34,487 bases of DNA, taken from NCBI GenBank assembly GCA_050049995.1, contig JASFVE010000009.1, positions 1 through 34,487 on the forward strand, in the 5' to 3' direction. The translations under genes were made by a program, and so were the position numbers. The notes under the pieces are model-generated. The model saw only the letters and a program-made list of their open reading frames with translations, did no database searches and had not been told where the DNA came from. The first letter of the stretch is position 1. The number at the start of each line of letters is the position of its first letter. Shown one piece after another: positions 8,043 through 18,821 of the stretch. The DNA is from Chlamydiota bacterium. Its GTDB lineage: Bacteria > Chlamydiota > Chlamydiia > Chlamydiales > SM23-39.

Positions 8043-11000
8043 ATGGAAATTCATATAGGAAATTGTTGGGAAAATCTAGCTGATTTACTAATAGAAAAGG
8101 TATCTAGTCTTTCTTTTTTTGAAAAAAAATACCTTATATTACCTTCAAATTTTCAAAAAAACTGGCTTTTTGAGAGATGGGCAAATTCTGAAAAGCAGAT
8201 TGTTATGGGAGTAAAAACATTTTCCATTCAAGAGGCTATCTTACATTTTTTACAGGCAACTACCAAACAAGAAGTAGTATTTCCCTCTTGCATTGAGCTT
8301 AAAATAGCTTTGCATCAAGAACTATCGCAAATCTGTGAAATTAAAAATGATGCAAGATTTAATGACATTCAAAAATATCTAGCAGAAGACAGGGAAAAAA
8401 AGATTTTATACCTAACTTCAGAACTCTATGATTTATTCACTTTTTATGGACAATATGGCCTTAGTTTACTCCTCAAGGAAAATAAGGAAAGGTTATCTTG
8501 GCAAGAGCAAGTTTGGAAAAATGTATTTAGCAAAAATGGTTATCATATTCCTATAAAAATGCTTTCAAAGCCTATTTCTTTATTTAAAGAAAGTAATGTA
8601 AAAATATTTTTTTTCGGTTTTTCTTATTTACCACCTATCTATTTTGATTTTTTTTATCGACTGTCTAAATATGCAAAAGTTTGTCAAATATTGTACTCTT
8701 CAACACAAGGGTTTTTAGAAGATTCTTTGAGTAGTTACGAGGAAAAAAAACTTCGAAAAGAATATGAAGAGGTAGACTGGTTAAATGAATATCTAGACAC
8801 TAACCGCTTAGTAGGTAATTGGGCAAAGCTAGAAAAGGAATTTCAAAGAACTTTAGGAAGCTATGAGCTAGAGATCCAGGAACATTACTATGAAAAGCCA
8901 TCTCAAAGTTGCTTAGGAAGCATTCAAAAAGATATTTTTCATTTAGAAGAAAACCCTGAAAATATGTCTTTTGAAAAAGATAAGAGTGTGCTTTTAGAAA
9001 AAGTTTCAGGAACTAAGATGCAAGAGGTAATTGCTCTACAAAAAAATATCTACCAGTTTTTAAAAGAAGGCATCCCCCTTAATGAAATTTTTGTTTTAGC
9101 TCCAGATATTAATGAATATGTGCCCTTTATCCATATGCTTTTTGACTCGATTGTTCATTATAAGATTTCAGATATTAATCTTTTACAGCAAAGTCACTTT
9201 GCAAAAGGAATGATAAGCATTTTAGAGCTAGCCAAGTCTTCATGGGAAGAAAATGAAATAAATGCGCTATTAAACAATTCCTTATTGCAAAAAAAATTTT
9301 CTTTCACTCAAAAGGAAGCAGATATTTTTGCAGACTGGATGCAAAAAGCACATGTTTATTTTGGATATGATGAACATCACAACCAAGAACTAATTGGTAA
9401 AAAAGAGGCAAGAAATACTTTTAAAGAATGTCTTCAAAGGCTTATTGCAAGCCTAGTTCTTTACTTTGATGATCAAGAAGACTGTTATAACTTTGCCTTT
9501 CCATTGCCTATCGAAAACATGGATTTAAGTGGCTCAGAAGTTTTAAATACATTTGTTTTTCTTATACAAAGTTTAAGGAAAAATACAGTTTTCCATAATT
9601 CACTAACACTACAGGAATGGGGAAACATTTTAGAGACTCTCGCTGAAAATTTTTTCTTGGTTGCATCTGATGACTATCTAGAAAAAAGTGCTCAAGAAGT
9701 ATTTTATGATATAATTCGCCACTTTAAGTCCTATAATGAGGAACAATGTTTCGAATTTACTTTTGTTTTTTCACTTATAAAAACTGAGCTGCAAAAAATA
9801 ACAACAAGTTATCAGCCCCATCTTTGCGATGCCATACAGTTTTCTAGTTTAAATTCAGGAAATATTAAGCCAGCCAAGGTTATGTATCTTTTGGGAATGC
9901 ATGCAGATAATGAAGAAACAAATACTTCTTTAAATCTTTTGAAAGGCACAAAAGAGTTTTATCCTACCTTTGCAGTTAAAAAAAGATATCACCTTCTTCA
10001 GCTAGTTAATTTATGCAAAAATAAGCTAGTTTTTAGCTTCCCCAAAAAGGGGATTGATGAAGCAGCAGAAAATACTGCTTCTACTGCTTTGCAGGAATTT
10101 ATTTCTTACATGGAAAGAGTCTATCCAAGTTATTCACTGCAGAAAAAAGATGATATACAGACTTTACGAGAAACCTACAATAAGTCTTCATTTACTGAGT
10201 TTGGTTATGCTTCGTCAGAAATTTTTAAAGAACCTTATAGAATAATTACTCTATCTTCCTTAAAGCTTTTGCTAAAAGATCCTTTTCGTCTTTATTTGCA
10301 ACAGAAGCACAATATCTATTTAGAATATGATGACTCTTATCAACAGGATGATGTTTTTTTATCTGCTTTAAATAAGTATATTTTTACTCAGCAAACTCTT
10401 TCATCCGACTTAGAAAAGCAAGTCTCTATCTTTGATAAATTAAGGATGTTTCCTACTGGAGTTTTTAAAGATATTGCAGAAAGCTCTTTATTTAAAGAAA
10501 TTAACTCTTATCTTCTTTTTTTTACCAAGTTGGGGATTTCTCCCTCCGAGTTACAAACTATAGAATTTAGAAAAGAGTGTAAAAAACCCTATTTTGAATC
10601 TACCAAAGCTGTTTTTCCAGCTATTGAAATTCCTTTACATCATAAAGTTGTTTATTTAGTGGGGAAAATACAACACGTATCTTCAAAGGGGCTTGTTCTT
10701 TTTAAAGAAGATAAAACTTACTCACAATTAGAAAACTGGGCAGCTCTTTTAGCCCTACAATCTGTACAAGAGCATTTGAGTGTTTCGTGTAATAATATGA
10801 TTTTTCTAAAATCCCAAACGCAAAAAAAATTTTCAGATATAAATGTTAAAGATGCTTTAAAAAGGTTAGTCCAATATTACCTTGTCGCCGAGAAAAATTT
10901 ATCCCCCATGAAAAAAAAGATAGCAGAGCCTCTTCTTACGAAAGAGGAAGAAAAATTTGTGAAAAATTATCTTTCGTTGGTGAAAGAAAAACAAAACTGG

Positions 11001-11090
11001 GTTCTTAATCACATTACTACTCACGATCCTAAAAACCTTTTTAAGAACTGGTCAGATTTTGTCAGATCATCCTTTCAGGAGCTAACATGA
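8043..11090 (+). CDS. recC: Exodeoxyribonuclease V gamma subunit
   Basis: 1015 aa; GNCWENL N-terminus, N-R-L-V-G-N-W, IFVLAPDINEYVPFI, LKDPFRLYLQ; translationally coupled to recB. Confidence 0.9.
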   Translation: MEIHIGNCWENLADLLIEKVSSLSFFEKKYLILPSNFQKNWLFERWANSEKQIVMGVKTFSIQEAILHFLQATTKQEVVFPSCIELKIALHQELSQICEIKNDARFNDIQKYLAEDREKKILYLTSELYDLFTFYGQYGLSLLLKENKERLSWQEQVWKNVFSKNGYHIPIKMLSKPISLFKESNVKIFFFGFSYLPPIYFDFFYRLSKYAKVCQILYSSTQGFLEDSLSSYEEKKLRKEYEEVDWLNEYLDTNRLVGNWAKLEKEFQRTLGSYELEIQEHYYEKPSQSCLGSIQKDIFHLEENPENMSFEKDKSVLLEKVSGTKMQEVIALQKNIYQFLKEGIPLNEIFVLAPDINEYVPFIHMLFDSIVHYKISDINLLQQSHFAKGMISILELAKSSWEENEINALLNNSLLQKKFSFTQKEADIFADWMQKAHVYFGYDEHHNQELIGKKEARNTFKECLQRLIASLVLYFDDQEDCYNFAFPLPIENMDLSGSEVLNTFVFLIQSLRKNTVFHNSLTLQEWGNILETLAENFFLVASDDYLEKSAQEVFYDIIRHFKSYNEEQCFEFTFVFSLIKTELQKITTSYQPHLCDAIQFSSLNSGNIKPAKVMYLLGMHADNEETNTSLNLLKGTKEFYPTFAVKKRYHLLQLVNLCKNKLVFSFPKKGIDEAAENTASTALQEFISYMERVYPSYSLQKKDDIQTLRETYNKSSFTEFGYASSEIFKEPYRIITLSSLKLLLKDPFRLYLQQKHNIYLEYDDSYQQDDVFLSALNKYIFTQQTLSSDLEKQVSIFDKLRMFPTGVFKDIAESSLFKEINSYLLFFTKLGISPSELQTIEFRKECKKPYFESTKAVFPAIEIPLHHKVVYLVGKIQHVSSKGLVLFKEDKTYSQLENWAALLALQSVQEHLSVSCNNMIFLKSQTQKKFSDINVKDALKRLVQYYLVAEKNLSPMKKKIAEPLLTKEEEKFVKNYLSLVKEKQNWVLNHITTHDPKNLFKNWSDFVRSSFQELT

Positions 11091-14000
11091 AAACTCATTC
11101 ATTTAATTGCCTGGAAGCCACCACAGATATTTTTGGAAAAAAAGTATTAGAGGCATCAGCTGGAACTGGAAAGACTTTTGCTATCGAGCACATTACTACA
11201 AGGTTAATTTTACAAGGAATTACCTTAGAAAAGATTCTTATTGTCACTTTTACTAATCTTGCAACAGATGAACTGAAAGAAAGAATTCGAAAAGCAATAG
11301 AAAATTCCATTAATCTTTTAACTGAGCAAGATAATGATACTGCTTTTTCTTATCTATTGAGCTATTATAATGACAAGCAGGCACTTTCACGTCTAAAAAC
11401 TGCTCTTTATTCTTTTGATGAATGTCAAATTTTTACCATTCATAAGTTCTGTCATCGAATGATAAAAGAGTTTTGTTTCGAAGCAAGAATAGAGCCTTTC
11501 CATTTAGATGTATTAGCTGCCAATAAACTTATTCGAAAGGGGATAAAAGACTTTTTAAAATACAGACTGGATTTCAAAAAGTTTTATCCGGCTCAAATTT
11601 CTTATTTGTTTAACTTCAAAGACTTTGATCAGTTTATACAAAGGCTAAGTGATGAAATTTCCATGAGGCCTATTGGAGAAGTCTCTTTTTTCGTCAAAAA
11701 TACGCAACAAGAAATTACAGATCTATTTCAAGCATTTCCAAAAGATATTGAGTATGAAAAGTTACTAGAAGACTTTTTAAAAATTAGCAATAATTACAAA
11801 AAAACAGGATTTTACAAAGAAGATTTTCCTTTTCAGGTGAAACTGTTAAGTGAAATAGCCCAATCTCCTGAAGATGTTTCTACTTTTGATAAATTCCTTT
11901 CTACTAAATGCACTATTTTTAATTTTTTAAAAGAGACAAACCAAAAAGTAAAAGTTAAAGAATTAAAAGATCCACTACATTACCCCTCTTTTTTTTCAAA
12001 GCTACAGACTACACTTAAGCCAATTACAGACAGATTATTAGACAAAAAAACGGTTTTACAGGCTTTGGTGCATGATATGCAACCTTATGTCTACGAGAAA
12101 TTAAAAGAAGCAGATCTTCTTCAGCCGGATGACTTTTTGCATTTAATGCAAAAGTTTTTACAAGACAAAAACTTTAAAAGCAGTGTTCAGGCTAAATATC
12201 AAGCAGCAATTATTGATGAATTTCAAGATACTGATCCAGTACAATGGGATATTTTTAAAGGCTTGTTTTTAGAAAGTACAAACATATGCTCCTTGTATCT
12301 TGTAGGGGACCCCAAGCAATCTATTTATGGGTTTAGAAATGCCGATATATATACCTATTTGCAAGCAGTCAATGATATTGGGGAAAATAACTTATATCGA
12401 TTAGATACAAATTTTAGATCTACCCCAGAACTGATTCACTCTTTAAATACTTTTTTTTCTAGTGAATGGCTATACCTTCCTAAGCTACAAAAATCACTAG
12501 TTTTTCATCCCGTAAAATCAGGAGCTGACATACGATTTGAAGATGAACATAAGCCACTTCATTTTATGTTGGCAAATGAGATTCCTCAAATAGAAGAGGC
12601 TTTATTTTTCCCTTACATTGCTAGTGAAATTAAAAGACTTTATAAAGTGGAAAATAAATACAGCTCATTTGCTATCCTAGTTAAGGATAGGTTTCAAGAG
12701 CAGAAGCTACAAAGTTTTTTTCAAAAAGTTGGCATCCCCTGTAAAGCACGGATGGAACCCTTAAAAGATAGTTTGGGCTTTAAATTATTTTTAGAGCTCT
12801 TAGATGCCATATTGCATCCAATGGATCCTACCAAAGTAAAAATTGCTTTAGCAAGTTTAGGATTTTCAGAAGAAGAATTTTCTGAAGAATTACATGCCCA
12901 CTTTTTTCAATATCATCAAATACAGATAGAAAAAGGCCTCGAAAAATGCTTGGCAAACCTAATTTATCAGCCTTTAAAGGAAAAGAGTTTACGGCAAAGA
13001 CTACCTGTAGATGAACTAACAGATTTTTTTGAGTGTATCGACCTTTACTTAAGTAAATTTAAACAGGATGAATTAACTAAAAAGAGTTTAAAAGACTTTT
13101 CTTTTTATGTTACCTCTCATGCTGCCGGCCGTATAGTAAGTAGTGAAAATGATGCAGTGGAAATTGTTACCATTCATAAAAGTAAAGGCCTTGAATATGA
13201 GATTGTTTTTTGTCTAGGACTCAGCTTTGCTAGTAAACTTTCTCCTTTTGAAAAACAAGAAAAAGAAGAAATAGAAGCAGAAAAACTAAGGCAGCAATAT
13301 GTAGCCATGACAAGAGGAAAAAAGAAGGTTTATCTTCCTTTTATTTTTTCTAATAAAGAAAAAAACACTCCCATGAATCTTTTTTTTAAAAGCAAAAATA
13401 TAACTAAAGACAACTTGATCGATTATTTAAATGATAATGCACAAAGTTATAGTTATACTAACTTAGAGCCAATCGACTTAAAAGAGACCTTTTTACCAAC
13501 TCAAAAGAACCTTCTTTTCCCATTAGATTATGAAGAAAAATTTGTTTCTTCGAAGAAGATCCTTTCTTTTTCCAGCGTTGCTACCAAAGCACCTATTGTT
13601 TTTTCAGAAAAAGAGGATGATCTTCCAAGCTCAAGTAAAACCGGAGTAATTATTCATGAAATATTGGAAAAATCTATTTTTAAAGAATCCATTAGTGAGA
13701 GCTGGATTGAAAAGGTGCTTCAGCCTACTCATCTAAAGGGTTATGAAAAGCAAGTATTTGATATGGCCAATCTAGCTTTAACAACTCCACTTTTCCCTTT
13801 AAAAAATAGCTTATCTCAAATGGATAAAGAAACCATGTATACCGAAGTAGAGTTTCTTTATAGCCAAGATAAAAATTTTATGAAGGGATTTATTGATGTG
13901 GTGTTTTTATTCCAGGAAAAAGTCTATATTATTGACTGGAAAACGAATCACCTTTCCGATTATGCAAAAACTTCTTTAGAAAATGCTATGAAGCTTCATG

Positions 14001-14161
14001 ATTATCATTTACAGAAAAAAATCTATGCTCAGGCATTAAGAAAAGTTTTGAATATGGAAAACAAAGATTTTGAAAATCATTTTGGTGGTGTTTTCTATAT
14101 TTTTTTAAGAGGTCTAAAACAAGGCCAGGGAATTTACTTTAGCAAAGATATTCACACATGA
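11087..14161 (+). CDS. recB: Exodeoxyribonuclease V beta subunit
   Basis: EASAGTGKT, VTFT, IDEFQDTD, VGDPKQSIYGFRNAD, TIHKSKGLEY, YVAMTR, nuclease motif GFID...IIDWKTN. ATGA overlaps with recC and recD. Confidence 0.97.
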   Translation: MKTHSFNCLEATTDIFGKKVLEASAGTGKTFAIEHITTRLILQGITLEKILIVTFTNLATDELKERIRKAIENSINLLTEQDNDTAFSYLLSYYNDKQALSRLKTALYSFDECQIFTIHKFCHRMIKEFCFEARIEPFHLDVLAANKLIRKGIKDFLKYRLDFKKFYPAQISYLFNFKDFDQFIQRLSDEISMRPIGEVSFFVKNTQQEITDLFQAFPKDIEYEKLLEDFLKISNNYKKTGFYKEDFPFQVKLLSEIAQSPEDVSTFDKFLSTKCTIFNFLKETNQKVKVKELKDPLHYPSFFSKLQTTLKPITDRLLDKKTVLQALVHDMQPYVYEKLKEADLLQPDDFLHLMQKFLQDKNFKSSVQAKYQAAIIDEFQDTDPVQWDIFKGLFLESTNICSLYLVGDPKQSIYGFRNADIYTYLQAVNDIGENNLYRLDTNFRSTPELIHSLNTFFSSEWLYLPKLQKSLVFHPVKSGADIRFEDEHKPLHFMLANEIPQIEEALFFPYIASEIKRLYKVENKYSSFAILVKDRFQEQKLQSFFQKVGIPCKARMEPLKDSLGFKLFLELLDAILHPMDPTKVKIALASLGFSEEEFSEELHAHFFQYHQIQIEKGLEKCLANLIYQPLKEKSLRQRLPVDELTDFFECIDLYLSKFKQDELTKKSLKDFSFYVTSHAAGRIVSSENDAVEIVTIHKSKGLEYEIVFCLGLSFASKLSPFEKQEKEEIEAEKLRQQYVAMTRGKKKVYLPFIFSNKEKNTPMNLFFKSKNITKDNLIDYLNDNAQSYSYTNLEPIDLKETFLPTQKNLLFPLDYEEKFVSSKKILSFSSVATKAPIVFSEKEDDLPSSSKTGVIIHEILEKSIFKESISESWIEKVLQPTHLKGYEKQVFDMANLALTTPLFPLKNSLSQMDKETMYTEVEFLYSQDKNFMKGFIDVVFLFQEKVYIIDWKTNHLSDYAKTSLENAMKLHDYHLQKKIYAQALRKVLNMENKDFENHFGGVFYIFLRGLKQGQGIYFSKDIHT

Positions 14162-15750
14162 TAGAAAAAGAATTCTTCTCTCCCATTGATACCTTTTTTT
14201 CTAAGACACTTTTGGAGCAAGTATCTTCTGATACAACCAATCTTTGCCTAGAGTATCTTATGTACGTATCAAGAAAGGGGCATCTTTGTCTTGCCATTGA
14301 GGAAGACAAAGTTACTCCAAACTTAATAGATAGTCCTTCGTTAGAGAAAAAGATTATCGAGGATTTTTATAAAATACCTTATCAATTATTTAGCTCTGAA
14401 GAAAAAACGACAGCTCCTTTAATTAAATGGGACAACTACCTTTATCTGCAAAAAAACTGGGTCTATGAATCAAAAATCGTTTCCTCTTTAAAAAAAGTCC
14501 TTCATGAAAGACCTGCTGGTATTGACCTTGTTAAAGGAAAAGAAAAACTTAATAGTTTTTCTTTAACAGATGAACAAAAAAATGCCATCGAACACGTTTT
14601 TAAAAACTCCTTAACTATTATTTGTGGAGGGCCTGGAACGGGAAAAACTTTTACGGCTGCAAAGCTGATAGCTGTATTTCATGAAATATTTTCCGGGGAG
14701 TCTCCTGAAATTACTATTACTGCACCAACTGGAAAAGCCGTGTCTTATTTAGAAGAAAAGCTTTCAGGAGCTTTTACTATCAATGCTAAAACATTACATG
14801 CCTTATTAAAATTATCACCTAATAGTGCCCCAGCCTTTAGTGAAAATATTTTAACTTCCGATCTTATCATTGTAGACGAAGCTTCCATGATAGATGCTAA
14901 ACTCATGGCATATCTTTTATCTTCCATAAAACCTGGAGCAAGGCTTGTCTTAATGGGGGATCCGAATCAATTACCTCCTGTCGATGTGGGAAGTGTCTTT
15001 TCTGATTTAAGTAAAATCGATGCCTGTTTTCTAAGGAAAAGCAAACGTTTTGAAAATGATAATATAACAACTTTTGCTTCACTTATTGAAAAAGCAAATG
15101 CACAAGAAATTTTACAATTTATTCAATCAGGGACAATTCCTTTTTACAACTGGAACTTCAGTGATGTTGATGTCTGTTTAAAAAAATTAAGTAATAATTT
15201 TTTGGATCATATTATATGGAACGATAAACAAGCGATAGATCCAAAAGAAGCTCTTCAAAAATTTCAAGATTTCAAAATTTTGACCTGTATGAGAAAAGGC
15301 CCTTTTGGAGTAGATGAGTTAAATCAATTTTTTTTCAAGCAGGCGAAATTTAGAAAAAAAAGTGATGAGTATTTAGCTATTCCTATCATAGTGTCTAAAA
15401 ATGATTATCTACTTGAGCTTTTTAATGGCATGTCAGGAGTATTGATCATAGGGGGGCAAAAAGAAAAATTATATTTTCTTATAAATGGTCAAATTAGAGA
15501 GTTTGACAGTTCTAGCTTTATTAAATATGAATATGGTTTTGCTTTATCAGTTCACAAGAGTCAAGGAAGTGAATTTAACCAGGTGTTAACCATACTTCCC
15601 AAGGGGAGCGAAACTTTTGGAAGAGAAATTTTATATACAGCAGTTACTAGAGCAAAAAAGAATCTAACAATTGCTGGATCTCTTCCTGCAATTGAGGAAG
15701 TGATCCGTAAAGAAGGAAAAAAACACTCAACAATACTTAAGAGGCTTTAA
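14158..15750 (+). CDS. recD: Exodeoxyribonuclease V alpha subunit
   Basis: GGPGTGKT, APTGKA, VDEASMID, GDPNQLPPV, SVHKSQGSEF, LYTAVTRAK. Confidence 0.97.
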   Translation: MIEKEFFSPIDTFFSKTLLEQVSSDTTNLCLEYLMYVSRKGHLCLAIEEDKVTPNLIDSPSLEKKIIEDFYKIPYQLFSSEEKTTAPLIKWDNYLYLQKNWVYESKIVSSLKKVLHERPAGIDLVKGKEKLNSFSLTDEQKNAIEHVFKNSLTIICGGPGTGKTFTAAKLIAVFHEIFSGESPEITITAPTGKAVSYLEEKLSGAFTINAKTLHALLKLSPNSAPAFSENILTSDLIIVDEASMIDAKLMAYLLSSIKPGARLVLMGDPNQLPPVDVGSVFSDLSKIDACFLRKSKRFENDNITTFASLIEKANAQEILQFIQSGTIPFYNWNFSDVDVCLKKLSNNFLDHIIWNDKQAIDPKEALQKFQDFKILTCMRKGPFGVDELNQFFFKQAKFRKKSDEYLAIPIIVSKNDYLLELFNGMSGVLIIGGQKEKLYFLINGQIREFDSSSFIKYEYGFALSVHKSQGSEFNQVLTILPKGSETFGREILYTAVTRAKKNLTIAGSLPAIEEVIRKEGKKHSTILKRL

Positions 15751-16021
15751 TAAGCTTTGAATATTGAGCTTTTTTTCTATTAGCTTTGTTTTGCTTTATA
15801 ATCCCTTTTTTCACTCCTTTGTCATATAGACTAAAAAGTTTGTTTAGAAAAGATTGGGAATTTTCATCTTGTTTTTCAGTTAAAGACTCTTCTAATCCAC
15901 GAATAGTAGTTCTAATGTAGGATTTATGAGACTTATTGATCATTCTTCTTTTCAGATTCTGAATTTCTCGTTTCTGAGCTGTTGGTCTTTTCTTTTTGCT
16001 TTTATTCGCTTGTTCAGCCAT
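15737..16021 (-). CDS. rpsT: 30S ribosomal protein S20
   Basis: Basic 94 aa; TAQKREIQ...RRMINKSHKSYIRT, DKGVKKGIIKQNKANRKK; GAGG RBS. Confidence 0.96.
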   Translation of the reverse strand: MAEQANKSKKKRPTAQKREIQNLKRRMINKSHKSYIRTTIRGLEESLTEKQDENSQSFLNKLFSLYDKGVKKGIIKQNKANRKKAQYSKLIKAS

Positions 16022-16103
16022 TTTACCTCATAAGGATAAATTTTTTTAAAAATTAGTCTCTACTACTATAATCTAAAAAAACTTAATTCGTCAAAGGGGG
16101 ATT

Positions 16104-16547
16104 TTGATGAAAAAAATCTTTACTTGCCTTCTTATCTGTTTTTTGACTGCTCCTGCATACTTTTTTTTTCAATTCGCCAAGGATTATCGGCATTTCCAAA
16201 GACTTAAAATTTTTTTACCAGTGCATGTGAAAGATTGGCAGATCAAAGAACTGGAAAATGGGAAATTTACTGTTCAGTCATCTTATTTTTTTAATTTTGA
16301 GGGTAGCCACTACCATCAGTTAAATGTTTTTAGTAAAGAATTTATTACTTCGCATGCTGCATTTGAATTTATGAAAGGGTTGTCTAAAAGAGATTGGCAC
16401 GTCTGGGTAGATCCAACAAATCCTAATATTGCAAGCTTAGAAAAAAAATTTCCTCTTTTTCATGGATTGAAAAGCTTGTTATCAATTAGTATTTTATTTT
16501 ACTTAATTGCTTCGAGGAGTTATCTTTTTAAAAAATTTTCCATTTAA
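16104..16547 (+). CDS. Hypothetical membrane protein (N- and C-terminal TM, DUF3592-like layout)
   Basis: Two terminal hydrophobic helices flanking a beta-rich domain with VWVDPTNP; lies between rpsT and rpoD. Confidence 0.7.
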   Translation: MMKKIFTCLLICFLTAPAYFFFQFAKDYRHFQRLKIFLPVHVKDWQIKELENGKFTVQSSYFFNFEGSHYHQLNVFSKEFITSHAAFEFMKGLSKRDWHVWVDPTNPNIASLEKKFPLFHGLKSLLSISILFYLIASRSYLFKKFSI

Positions 16548-16585
16548 ATTGCAATTAAACCTATCGATTGTCTATCAATATGTTA

Positions 16586-16616
16586 TTGACATAAAGACCC
16601 CTTTCGGATCAATATG
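16586..16616 (+). promoter_or_regulatory. Candidate sigma-66 promoter of rpoD
   Basis: Perfect TTGACA at 16586-16591; only a weak -10 (CAATAT at 16610, 18-nt spacer). Confidence 0.35.
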
Positions 16617-16669
16617 CAGGGGTTATTTTACGATTTTGTCATTTAAAGAGGCCCTTTAATTCACTATTT

Positions 16670-18334
16670 ATGAGTAGTTCTGCATTTAACAATCAATTTG
16701 ATGCCCAACATCAGAAAAAAATAGAAGAGTTGGTAGCTATTGCCAAAGAGCAAGGCTTTATCACCTATGAAGAGATTAATGAAATTCTTCCCATGAATTT
16801 CGACGCACCTGACCAGATTGATCAGGTTTTGATCTTTTTGTCTGGAATGGATATTCAAATCCTTAATCAGTCAGAAGTGGAAAGGCAAAAAGAAAGAAAA
16901 AAAGAAGCAAAAGAGCTGGAGGGCCTTTCCAAAAGAAGTGAAGGTGCATCTGATGATCCAGTTCGAATGTATCTTAAAGAAATGGGTTCTGTCCCTCTCC
17001 TTACCCGCGAAGAAGAAGTAGAAATATCAAAGAGAATTGAAAAAGCTCAAATTCAGATTGAAAGAATTATTATGCGCTTTCGTTATTCTGCGAAAGAAGC
17101 AATTTCTATTGCTAACTCCTTGATTTCAGGTAAAGATCGTTTTGATAAAGTTATTTCAGAAAAAGAAGTTCAAGATAAGACACATTTTCTACAAATTGTA
17201 CCAAAATTAGTAGATCTTATGAATCAGGAGGACGAAAAATTAGAGTCCCTACTGCTTCAGGCTTATAGTCCTAAAATTAAAAAAGAAGAATTCTCGAAAT
17301 TACAAGAAGAAATAGAAAAGTCTCGTATTAGGTCGCAAGCTTATCTAAGACAGCTCCACTGTAGGCATAATATTACCGAAGATTTTGGCGAAGTTATTCT
17401 GATGGCCTATGAAAGATTTTTAAAGCTAGAAAAGGATATCGCTGAGTTAACACCAAGAGCTGAGAAAAATAAATTTGCTTTGGCAAAGCTTTTAGCTGCA
17501 AAAAGAAAACTTAAAAAAAGGGAATTGGCAGCAGGAAGAACATTAGATGAGTTTAAAAAAGATGTTCGTATGCTGCAAAGATGGATGGATAAAAGCCAGG
17601 AAGCTAAGCGTGAAATGGTGGAATCTAACCTTCGTCTGGTAATTTCTATTGCTAAAAAATATACTAACAGAGGTCTTTCTTTCTTAGATCTTATCCAAGA
17701 AGGAAATATGGGTCTTATGAAGGCCGTAGAGAAGTTTGAGTATCGAAGAGGGTATAAGTTTTCTACTTATGCTACTTGGTGGATTAGGCAGGCTGTAACA
17801 AGGGCTATAGCGGATCAAGCTAGAACAATTCGTATTCCGGTTCACATGATTGAGACAATTAATAAAGTCTTACGTGGAGCTAAAAAATTAATGATGGAAA
17901 CAGGCAGAGAGCCTACTCCAGAAGAATTGGCAAAGGAATTAGGTCTTACACCAGAAAGGGTAAGAGAAATCTATAAAATTGCCCAACACCCTATTTCTCT
18001 TCAGGCAGAAGTTGGCGATGGAGGGGAAAGCCAATTTGGTGATTTCCTAGAGGACACAACTATTGAATCTCCTGCTGAAGCTACTGGATATTCTATCTTA
18101 AAAGATAAGATGAATGAAGTTCTTGATACACTGACAGATCGTGAAAGAACTGTTTTGATCGAACGTTTTGGTCTATTAGATGGCAAGCCGAAAACATTAG
18201 AAGAAGTTGGAGTTCGTTTTAAGGTGACAAGAGAGCGTGTGCGTCAAATTGAGGCAAAAGCTCTTAGAAAAATGCGTCACCCTACAAGGGCGAAGCAACT
18301 TCAAGCCTTTTTAGATCTTTTAGAAGTAGAGTAA
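16670..18334 (+). CDS. rpoD: Primary RNA polymerase sigma factor (sigma-66)
   Basis: Region 1.1 ([13 protein letters not shown]), [39 protein letters not shown]...TRERVRQIE. Confidence 0.99.
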   Translation: MSSSAFNNQFDAQHQKKIEELVAIAKEQGFITYEEINEILPMNFDAPDQIDQVLIFLSGMDIQILNQSEVERQKERKKEAKELEGLSKRSEGASDDPVRMYLKEMGSVPLLTREEEVEISKRIEKAQIQIERIIMRFRYSAKEAISIANSLISGKDRFDKVISEKEVQDKTHFLQIVPKLVDLMNQEDEKLESLLLQAYSPKIKKEEFSKLQEEIEKSRIRSQAYLRQLHCRHNITEDFGEVILMAYERFLKLEKDIAELTPRAEKNKFALAKLLAAKRKLKKRELAAGRTLDEFKKDVRMLQRWMDKSQEAKREMVESNLRLVISIAKKYTNRGLSFLDLIQEGNMGLMKAVEKFEYRRGYKFSTYATWWIRQAVTRAIADQARTIRIPVHMIETINKVLRGAKKLMMETGREPTPEELAKELGLTPERVREIYKIAQHPISLQAEVGDGGESQFGDFLEDTTIESPAEATGYSILKDKMNEVLDTLTDRERTVLIERFGLLDGKPKTLEEVGVRFKVTRERVRQIEAKALRKMRHPTRAKQLQAFLDLLEVE

Positions 18335-18351
18335 TCTGATTGCCCTTGTAC

Positions 18352-18377
18352 TAAAGCAAGATGTAAATCTTGCTTTA
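18352..18377 (+). terminator. Hairpin after rpoD, probable terminator with no U tract
   Basis: Perfect 11-bp stem TAAAGCAAGAT/ATCTTGCTTTA with a GTAA loop, 17 nt after the stop codon. Confidence 0.55.
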
Positions 18378-18821
18378 CATCGCTACATAAGCTTCTTCAG
18401 AAAAGAACGAACCTTTTTATGTAAATTATTCTTTCTTTTTATCTATCAATAATGCTGTAATATTTGCTCTTTTTTAAGAGTGAAAAGCATGACAACAGCA
18501 TTAAACCTATAGAGTAAAACATCTTAAATTCATTAAATGGATTATTATGCTTATAAGACACTAATGTCTTTCCTACTGAGTAGGGGGTAAGCATATAAAG
18601 TGATGGGCTCATATTCAATCCGGAAGGTAAAAGTACTACTCAGTATACTCACAACAAAATGCTGATTGATCATACTAAATAATAATAAGACAAACGTGCT
18701 GCCCATATTCAAGAATGGGAAATACAAAATAGCTTTTCAACTGAAGCTTTTGCTCTTTGCTTAATGTTATTTTTACATGACAAGAAAATTATGTATAAAA
18801 AAAATTTAAAAGGAGAAATCA

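Noticed and set aside
7965..8054. 30-aa N-terminal extension of the MFS gene
   Set aside because: Overlaps the divergent recC start, and family-like sequence begins only after Met31.
15737..15750. Convergent overlaps recD/rpsT (also 33487-33490)
   Set aside because: Short 3' overlaps are ordinary in compact genomes.
18335..18821. CRISPR array, IS element or 6S RNA in the long gap
   Set aside because: No regularly spaced repeats, no transposase remnant, and no long rod-like pairing that I could see.
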